Below the pieces are notes generated by a model. It had not been told where the DNA came from, did not search any database, and was given only the letters and a program-made list of their open reading frames with translations. Made by a program: the position numbers and the translations under genes. Of a DNA stretch of 64,000 bases, positions 54,681 through 64,000 are shown in pieces; position 1 is the stretch's first letter; each line of letters begins with the position of its first letter. The stretch is from Octopus vulgaris (taxonomy: Eukaryota), in NCBI GenBank assembly GCA_951406725.2, contig OX597829.1, positions 6,634,001 through 6,698,000 on the forward strand, given 5' to 3'.

Positions 54681-55353
54681 GATCTATCGGCATCGTCTAT
54701 TTTATTGCAGCAATCTTTTTAGTGTGATAGTATTTCCCAAAACCAAAATGGTGCGTTGTATCATTTTGGTTTGGTTTTGTCCCTCTTTTTATGCATCAAC
54801 AATAATTTTTCCCTCACTCCTAACAACGCAGGCTCGACACACATAATTTCCTCCATTTCTCCAGAATAACTGCATTCAAGCTTCATTTATATGCAACCTA
54901 AAGACCTCTCATTCAATTTTCTTTGACTCCTGCTGTAGTATTCTTAATTCCATATCTAGAACGGTTCTGTTTCTAAGCAAATAGCATCGAAAACATCGTC
55001 CAAACAAAATCCATTTTTCTACCTGACGTGAGTTACAAACTGTCTCATACATAGTCTCTCGCTCTTTCTCTACCTCTCTCTCTCTCACTATCGCTCTCCT
55101 TCTCTCTCTCCCCAACTCTCTTTCTCTCGCTGCCTTTTCTATCAATATAACAATACTTTATCCTTTTAGGAACTCAATGGTCACGTGCTATCTGGTTTCT
55201 CGCACTCTGGAATCTTTCGTTTCTCCTTGCATTGCTCTATTTTGCCTGACTGCCTGCCTGCCTACCTACCTACCTACCTACCTACCTACCTACCTACCTA
55301 CCTACCTACATACATACATACATACATACATACATACATACATACGCACAGAC

Positions 55354-55414
<61 letters not shown>

Positions 55415-55472
55415 AAATCAAGCAGTGGTGGATAGACATCACAGACACAAATATACACACATGCACATAGAG

Positions 55473-55525
<53 letters not shown>

Positions 55526-55534
55526 CACATACAT

Positions 55535-55694
55535 ACGACAGGCTTCTTTCAGTTTCTGTCTACAAAATCCACTCACAAGACTTTAGTCGGCCCGAGGCTA
55601 CAGTAAATGACATGCTCAAGGGGCCATGCAGAGGGAGTGAACCCAGAAACATGTAGTTGGGAAGCAAGCTTCTTACCAGAGCCACGCTTGCGCC
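55535..55694 (-). mobile_element. SINE family A, 5' half
   Basis: Reverse complement of the family A head, up to the internal microsatellite. Confidence 0.78.
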
Positions 55695-56434
55695 TATACA
55701 CACGCTCACACGCACACACAAACACGCATACGCACAGAACCATACACACACCCATACCCACACAAGCCGATACACACACACGTCCATACACACAAACAGA
55801 ACACACAAACACATATGGTCAAACTCCAAAGATCCAGAGAGGACTTGGTTTGTATATTCCCAAGTTCTGTACTAACAGCTTTGCTCAGTCGTTTCTTTCC
55901 AGATTGTTGGCTTTCTGAAATTTGAAATTCATTCACTGCTTATGTTTCCCCTGCATCGTGGAACCTTAAAGGGACGAATGTTAGCAGACTCAGAGAGACT
56001 GCGAAGGTGATTGGGTACTGTCTCTTCTCCATTAAAAACCAGCAGCAGGCTGAAATAGACGTGGCTACAAAGACAGTGCCTGACTTGAAGTCGGTGGAGC
56101 AAGTATGCTCTCACAGTTTAGCATTTGTACTCAATGTATTTTTTCAGTCTTTTATAATTGACATTCCATTTGCTTGACATCTTAATTTCTATATATCAAT
56201 GACAAATTTATGGACAAAAATGTATGGTAGATTAATCTATTATACATTACTTTAATATTTACAGATGCAATGTGCAGTGAGCTTAAACTGAAAACTGCTT
56301 AGATAATCTGAAAACAAATCCCGCTGAGGGTTATGATTATTTAATATAAATTAACGGTTTTCCTGTATAGACGCAGAGCTACAAATATTTAAGCACATTC
56401 AATCGATTATCAGCATATGTATGTATAAGAGGGT

Positions 56435-56476
<42 letters not shown>

Positions 56477-56943
56477 AACAGAGAGATGAAAGGTAATTTT
56501 TTTCTCAATTATATTTGAAATGTGACTGTACATGAATAGAAACACTTCGGGACACTTAATTTTGTTTATTCCAAAAATTATGATGTTGACTCCACCGACA
56601 CCTCCGCCACCGACAACGACGTCGACAACAATAATATATGAAGAAGAATTACGCAATCAATTCCATGTAGTCACAACAAAAGTTATTGGAAGAAATAGGT
56701 TGGAGTGGGTGATGAAAGGAACACCAAAAGAAGAAGACCGATAGTACTATACTGCCAGAGCAAGACCAAGCTTTGGCCCCGAAATGGAGAAGTCCCTTAT
56801 TTTCAGTAAAATACCAACACACTCGGCGCTTCAAAGTTTATTCCATGTGGTAAGAAGTTTATATATATACACACACATATATATACGCACACATATATAT
56901 ATATATATATATAATATATATATATAATATATATATAGTTAGT

Positions 56944-57010
<67 letters not shown>

Positions 57011-57511
57011 GTTTCTTTATTGGCCACACAGGGCTGCACACAGATGGGACAAGTTACAAGGTAGAGCTTTTCTTTTGGGGGATGAAAAATACAAAAAAAA
57101 ACAAAAGAAAAAAAAGGGGTGGCGTAGGTTTTCGATCAAGAGGGATCGTAAAAGGGAGGAAAATAACAACAACAACAAAAAAATAAATAAAATTAAAAAT
57201 AAAAAGAAGAAAAAGAAGAAAAAAAGAAAAGGAAAAGGAACAAAAGAAAAGAGAAATGAAAAAAGAAGAAAAAAGGGGGGAAAAGGGGAAGAGGAAAAAA
57301 ACGATCAATAGGGATCGTGTATCACAGTGTTATGATATATGGTGTAAAGGGGAAAGTAAGTAAGGTTTATCCGTGGGAAGAAAAGCCTACGAAAAAGACC
57401 ACGGTAACCTTGGTCAATATTGTTATATGTTACCACATTTGTTTGCAAGTGGGTAACCCTCTGTTTTCAATTTCTGGGTTCATAGGATTATGCTCAAGGT
57501 GGCTTCGTCAT
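57011..57511 (-). mobile_element. Tx1/L1-clade LINE 3' end, same family as 8213-10074
   Basis: Highly similar to 8213-8578 (aaggtttatccgtgg..aagaaaagcctacg..aaaagaccacggtaacc...tgctcaaggtggcttcgtcat). (GATA)n flanks both sides. Confidence 0.88.
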
Positions 57512-57517
57512 AGATAG

Positions 57518-57561
<44 letters not shown>

Positions 57562-57579
57562 TAAGAGAGATACGTATAT

Positions 57580-57787
57580 GTTTGTGTCTGTGTTTGTCCC
57601 CTACAATCGCTTGACACCCGATGTTGGTGTGTTTACGTCCCCGTAACAGTTCAGCAAAAAGCAACCGTTAGAATAAGTACTAGGCTTGCAAAAAATAAGT
57701 CCTGAGGTTGATTTGTTCAACTAAAACAGGCTGTGCTCCAGCATGACTACAGTCAGATGACTGAAACAAATAAAAGAATAAAAGAAT
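57580..57787 (+). mobile_element. SINE family A, 3' half
   Basis: gtgtttgtccc...gtttacgtccccgtaac...gactgaaacaaataaaagaataaaag. Confidence 0.8.
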
Positions 57788-57922
57788 ATGTATATATATA
57801 TATATACATATATATATGACAAATTTTTAAAACAAAACTTTGGAACTTTTTTCCGTCCGATTAGGGTTAAATACTCAATCTCTTTCTATTCTCACAGCTT
57901 TACTGCATTCGAAATATATATA

Positions 57923-57970
<48 letters not shown>

Positions 57971-57978
<8 letters not shown>

Positions 57979-58238
57979 AATATGTTACATTACTCGATAG
58001 TCAAGATAAAACTCTGAGTTTCAGATGCCGAAGTGGAAATCCACAACACCATCTCTTCGGTTATCTGGAAAATAGCCAGATAACCGAAGAGATGGTGTTG
58101 TGGATTTCCACTTCGGCATCTGAAACTCAGAGTTTTATCTTGACTATCGAGTAATGTAACATATTATTGTATAGATAAATTTCCTCTATTTACATAATAT
58201 TGAGGTCTCTTTCTTTCTTTTGTTATCTTACCGTTTTA

Positions 58239-58242
<4 letters not shown>
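57971..58242 (+). mobile_element. Fold-back PLE-like element (98-bp perfect arms) with variant HHR motif
   Basis: Arms 57971-58068 / 58076-58173 with a 7-nt loop, tail to 58242 and (TA)n flanks. The motif is gataa-CCGAAGA-gatg...catct-GAAAC-tcaga-GTT-ttatc. Confidence 0.75.
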
Positions 58243-58309
<67 letters not shown>

Positions 58310-58312
58310 TAT

Positions 58313-58715
58313 CTTTTACTCTTTTACTTCTTTCAGTCATTTGACTGCGGTCATGTTGGAGCACCACCTTTAATCGAGCAACTCGACCCCGGGGCTTATT
58401 CTTTTTGTTAGCCAAGTACTTATTCTATCGGTCTTTTGCCGAACCGCTAAGTAACGGGGACATAAACACACCAGCATCGGTTGTCAAGCAATGCTAGGGG
58501 GACAAACACAGACACACAAACACACACACGCATATATATACATACATATATACGACGGGCTTCTTTCAGTTTCCGTCTACCAAATCCACTCACAAGGCTT
58601 TGGTCGGTCCGAGGCTATAGTAGAAGACACTTGCCCAAGGTGCCACGCAGTGGGACTGAACCCAGAACTATGTGGTTGGTAAACAAGCTACTTACCACAC
58701 AGCCACTCCTGCGCC
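58313..58715 (-). mobile_element. SINE family A, full length
   Basis: Reverse complement of family A, ending ccactcctgcgcc. Confidence 0.9.
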
Positions 58716-58717
58716 TA

Positions 58718-59018
58718 TCTTAATATATAAAAGTGAAGTTGTGTGAGTGTCTGTCTCCTACGATTTAGATTCCTAACTACTCCCACATTTTGTGGTGCAG
58801 TTTAACCAAAAGCGGGTATCTTATAGTCGTGATTCCTATCGAGCCCTTTCGGGTATTAGCGCGCGTCTACGATGAGTCTACGATTAAAAAAAAATTTACC
58901 ATCATTTATTCCCATTTTTAATGCATTTTTTGCTATTATATAAGGGAAGTAACTCTCTAAAAATGCTTATATAGTTATTTCCCTTACAAACCCGAGCAAC
59001 GCCGGGCGATACTGCTAG
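58718..59018 (+). mobile_element. Non-autonomous Helitron
   Basis: a|TC 5' end, subterminal hairpin cccgagcaacgccggg, CTAG|t 3' end, and no TSD. Confidence 0.75.
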
Positions 59019-59397
59019 TATATATATATATACATATATATATATTGGGAGGAAATAATAAATTATAACGTCAAGTCTTTCATGCTGCACTGTAAGGTGA
59101 GGATGGAGTCTATTGTCAAAATGTGGAAGCTAGGTGTTATTAGCCTAAAATGTAAAGCTATAACACATTGGCTAGACCTTGGCAAACCTTTATAAGCTGA
59201 GGTAATTATGCCCCCCCACCCAGATATTTATGACAGTTTTTTTTTGTGAGACAAAGTTGTTCAATTGGTGTGTCGTTCGAGTCAGTGAGTTGAAAGTATG
59301 TACAAACCTTGTGAGTACAGTAATTCTTAACCTGTTATTGTAAACCTGTTAATTCCTGAATTGTTGAATTTGTTGGAAATTTTGTCTTCTCCATTCA

Positions 59398-60410
59398 TGG
59401 GTGAATTAATGAATAATAGACCAGTACAAGTGGGGAGTTATGCTGCAGTGAATGGCAAAAGCCTGTCAGCGGAGCTACTGCAAGTCCGTGAAATAGAAGT
59501 TAAAAACAAGAATTTCAAGAAGTATAACGACTTGTTGAAAAAGGACGCAGGCTGTCTCAGGCTGACGTCTCCCGACGAAGTTATCGAGAAAAGAACTATT
59601 ATCTACAGAACGTTAAACATAGGAACGAAGAAAGTAGAAATAGGAGAGACGGAAGCAGTAGAGGAGAGCTTGAAAGAGCTGAAGGACTGTACCACGTTCT
59701 ACACCAGAGGACGGAAATTCGACACGGTGGAGGTGCGTTATGTAAACGAAAATGACGCAATGAAATACTCCACTGTGGCCTTCAGATCAGCTGAGTGAGC
59801 ACTACTTATTTACTGTAGCAAACATGCGGCCAGAGGTAGTGTGCCCCCTGAAATTGACGAGACATAGCTGGTGACACCATCCTCTTCCATACAGAGGAAG
59901 ACGCAGAAATTTTGAAAAATGTCCAAATCGATGGAGGTGAATTGCTGAAGATATGAGCTAGAGGTGACAGACCTTGATAAGATAGTGGAAGAGCTGGTTC
60001 TGCCGGATGAGACTAGATTGAGGATTGTTGCGGAGGGTAAACATCCAATAGGTTTTGTTTTTTTGTGTGGAGTAAGGAGACACATGAAGGCCAAGTGTCC
60101 CCAGAAACATGAGGAGGAAATAATGGAAAAAGAAATTCAAAAAGAGAGTACAGCAGTAGAGGAAGAGAAAATAGAGGAGCCATTTATGGTGGTGAAAAGA
60201 AAAAGGAACTTCGAATTACCACCAAAAAGCCCCAAGGAGGAAAAAGAAAGACAAACGAAGAGGAGGATAAGAAAGAAGAAAAAATGGAAAGCCTAATGAA
60301 AAAATCAAGTGAAATGCGAACGCACGAACCGTCGCCTTCAACTAGCAAGGAAAAAGGAGTACGAAAGAAGGAAGGAAAAGAAAGAGACAGTGAATTAGAG
60401 ACAAAGAAAT
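59398..60410 (+). mobile_element. LINE ORF1 (gag-like, zinc knuckle) relic, probably Tx1/L1 clade
   Basis: The ORF pieces carry SYAAV near the N-terminus, LRIVAEGKHP..FLCGVRRHMKAKCP (decayed CCHC knuckle), and an acidic/basic tail with FMVVKRKR. Stops interrupt the frame. Confidence 0.6.
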
Positions 60411-61278
60411 TTGACGGAAGCTATGATTGCCTGTTTAGTCTATGCACGTTGTGCTGTGAGTTAGGCATTTATGGATTTATTTTATTCTCCAGGAATTCGC
60501 CAGAACTTTTGTCAGATTTAAAATAATTTCTGTGTCACATCTGGGTGAGTACAAAAAATCTCTTAACTTATGTTATGTTATAATATTTATGTAAATTTTG
60601 AACCGTGCATTTGTGGCAGGTTGTGTAGTAATTTTGCTAGCTATTTTCTATTAAGATTAATGTTAAAATCTGTATAAATAATTAAAGGATGTATGAATTT
60701 AGTTTTTTCATGTAGCTAGTTTTTGGTATTAGACAACTAACTGTAAATTTTCTCTAATGGTTACTCAGCATGTTTATATGAAGCAGTTTTGTTGAATTTA
60801 AAGCAAACTTCCTTTTTGTTTGACTATTTTTTTAAACTACATTTATTGATGTAGTCTGGAAGCCGTTTTGTGTCATGAACTTTTGGTTTTATGGTTGCTT
60901 TGACATTAGATTTAGGTTTAGGTCTACGTTCGAAATCCTAGGTTCGGAAACCGGATTTGTACTAAAATGGAAATCCAGAATTTATGAAATCCAAATATTT
61001 GGAATGCATAATTTTGAAAAAACCAAATTTGTTAGGCTAGGTTTTGTGTGAGGCCAATTTTGGTGAAACCAAAATCCAGGATTCGGAGTCCGAATTTCTG
61101 AATTGTATATATATATGTTACCTTTGTAAAATATCTTGATTGCACTTGCTCTTTGTTCGTGTGTATATTTGTTTTGTATGTGAGGTGTTTTAGAAAAGAA
61201 TTAATGGTGTATTGTTGTTTTGGGTTCACCCTATCCTCATTGATTCTGTAAATTCGTGTTATGGCCACCAGGTCGAAA

Positions 61279-61313
<35 letters not shown>

Positions 61314-61315
<2 letters not shown>

Positions 61316-61928
61316 CAATTGCCGCGTGGAAGGTGTTTATAAGCCATTTAAGAAACACACACAAACCGTTCGATTCACTTCAACATCTAAATTTAATTTG
61401 TCAAAATATTTTCGTCGCTTTCAGACCGCGACCTCTTCACTGACAAAACTTCGTGCTGCATCTGAGAAAGTAACAGTTAGTTCATGATATATATATGTAC
61501 GTATGTATGTGTGTGTAGTGTATGTATGTATGTATGTATGTATGTATGTATGTATGTATGTATGTATGTATGTATGTATGTATGTATGTATGTATGTATG
61601 TATGTATGTATGTGCGTATGTATGTATGTATGTATTTATGTATGTATGTATGTATTTATGCATGCATGTATGTGCGTATGTATGTATGTATGTATTTATG
61701 CATGTATGTGCGTATGTATGTATGTATGTATGCATGTATGTATGTATGTATGTATGTATGTATGTATGTATGTGCGTATGTATGTATGTATAGGAGAGTG
61801 TGTAGACGTGTCTGTGTGTGTGTACATGTATATGTACATGTGAACGTATGTTTATGTACTGATATGTGTCAGTTCAAGTTGTTACCTTGTTGAAGGTTGT
61901 ATACATACACACATATACATTTATATAG

Positions 61929-61979
<51 letters not shown>

Positions 61980-62396
61980 CGTTTGTCCCTCTCACCACCG
62001 TCTAACGGTGAATGGATACAACGTCTTAGATACATATATGCACATATAACCTTATACATATACACAAGTACACACAATCATATAGACACTTACACATACT
62101 CACAAATATACGTATAATCTTAAAGTATACACACATTATCGCTCATCCATCTCTACATATATATATGCATATACATACACACACACATATATATATATAT
62201 ATGTATTTATACATACATACATACACACATGCACACATTTATATATATGTATTGATACATACATACACACATACATATATATGTACATATATATGACACT
62301 CTTTTCAAGGACAACGGTTAAAATTTAAATTTGCTTTATTTTATTCTATTTATTCTTTTTTATATATTTTTATTTCTTTTATTATTTTTTTATATG

Positions 62397-62427
<31 letters not shown>

Positions 62428-62791
62428 CATATATATATTTACACATACTCATATATGAATGCATGCACCAATACTTGGTATGATAACAAGAAATTTCACT
62501 GTGTGATGTTTGTTGTAAGAACGAATTGTGTAAGGCATTCAAGAAAATCCTGCACACAACTGGCCTTAAGATCAAGGTTGTAGAAAAGACAGGTAGGACT
62601 ATCAAATCTGTATAAATACTCACATACATACGTAAGTACATAAGTACAAACATACATACATACATACGTACATACATTCATACATACATACATACATGTA
62701 CACACATACATACGTACATAAATACATACATACTTACATACTTACATACGCACATACATACATACATACATACATACATACATACATACAT

Positions 62792-62831
<40 letters not shown>

Positions 62832-63078
62832 ACATACGTACATATATATCATGAACTAACTTTTACTTTCTCAGATGCAGCACTAAGTTTTGTCAGTGAA
62901 GAGGTCGCGGTCTGAAAGCGACGAAAATATTTTGACAAATTAAATTTAAATGTTGAAGTGAATCTAACGGTTTTTGTGTGTTTCTTTAATGGCTTATAAA
63001 CACCTTCCATGCTGCAATTGTTTTCGTTCCAGCACACGATCTCAGATCAGGTCACTCGCTATGCAAGTACATCTCCGT
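61314..63078 (+). mobile_element. Penelope-like element relic: inverted pseudo-LTR, spacer with ORF fragment, pseudo-LTR plus tail
   Basis: 61314-~61514 is an inverted copy of ~62822-63022, and the tail is 63023-63078. 62470-62612 encodes NTWYDNKKFHCVMFV / KNELCKAFKKILHTTGLKIKVVEKTGRTIKSV, like the PLE RT-to-GIY-YIG linker. Confidence 0.7.
61500..61790. repeat. (TATG)n microsatellite, mirrored by (CATA)n at ~62620-62830
   Basis: Direct reading. Confidence 0.92.
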
Positions 63079-63094
63079 AATATATATATATATT

Positions 63095-63621
63095 TACATA
63101 ATTAAAAAAATTGCATTTCTAATTGTCTCAGACAGACTTATACAGTAGCAGTACAATAAAGTGATGGTTTGTTGCCAATTTAATGTGGAAGTCCTAGGAA
63201 ATGGAAGAATGCTATTGCTATTTAGCCTTAAGAAACATCGCTTCCAGTTGGCTATCTGATACAAGCGTTCTGTGTCCTTACGTTTTCAAACAGAGGACAT
63301 AAGCATCTCCACCCAGCAAAGTCGACTTCCAGAGACCAGTTCCAGCATCGTTGCTCTTCATTAGTCTGGAGTAGCTTCGTTTGCTAGCTGTCGATGCTTA
63401 TTCGCCTTTAAAAACTTATAGAAGTTAAAGTGAAAACTTAAGGACACAGATCGCAGTGGCATTCTTCCCTTTCTTGGGCAACAAACCATCACATCATTGT
63501 ACTGCTACTGTATAAGTCTGTCTGAGAGATTTAGAAATGCAATATTTCTTATTTTGTAGATCAGTGAATTTATTTCTCTTGAAATTCTATAAGCTTTCAA
63601 AGGCGAATAAGCATCGACAGC
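63095..63621. mobile_element. Aged nested inverted-repeat element with degenerate HHR, PLE-like
   Basis: Inverted pairs 63095-63177 / 63477-63558, 63269-63288 / 63431-63450 and 63388-63422 / 63586-63621. Minus strand 63328-63370 reads tccaga-CTAATGA-agagc-aacgat-gctg-GAAC-tg-GTC-tctgga. Confidence 0.6.
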
Positions 63622-64000
63622 ACGCTAAGTGTCCCAGGTGCTGTGGTGGTTTTAGAAGTGCTGAGTAGCGAATGTCATGTCATGCTGGATACATTGAAGT
63701 TTTTAAGCCTTGGTTGAAATACGCAGTAGAAGGGCATAGGTATTTCGAGGGGCTTTAGCAAGTTCTCACAAACCTCATGTAACAAAAGAATTGACGTCTG
63801 ATGATTTTTAAGATGATTTTCCAGCAAAATTGAGAACTTGAAAGTTGCTAGATTTAAATTCCAGGGACAATTACGTTTAGTGCATTGTTGAAAGAGATAT
63901 CAGTCAACATTCACATAACAGCAGAGCTTCACTAAGGGTCGCTATTGTCTAAGTGAGGTCCGACTTAAATACAGACCAGTTAGGACAGCCATATAAAAAA

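Overview
This is AT-rich eukaryotic, microsatellite-saturated non-coding DNA. The two dominant tRNA-derived SINE families and the repeat landscape look like an octopus (coleoid cephalopod) genome; this is an inference, not a database match. I see no intact protein-coding gene, and nearly all ORFs in the supplied track are translations of (TA)n, (TATG)n, (GATA)n or (ATT)n tracts. Recognisable content is decayed mobile DNA: about 20 SINE copies, Tx1/L1-clade, R4/Dong, RTE and CR1-like LINE fragments, a mariner, a Buster/Charlie-type hAT and two non-autonomous Helitrons. The most notable signal is a set of about a dozen short, mutually unrelated non-coding elements, mostly in (TA)n, that form long fold-back inverted repeats with a one-sided tail and/or carry minimal type I hammerhead ribozyme (HHR) motifs. 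This is the architecture of Penelope-like element (PLE) pseudo-LTRs and retrozymes. The set includes a tandem ~0.5 kb HHR unit, a copy that still holds a PLE ORF relic, and a tRNA-headed SINE-like element with an HHR tail inserted as a palindrome. All folds and alignments were read by eye, and boundaries of degenerate elements are approximate.
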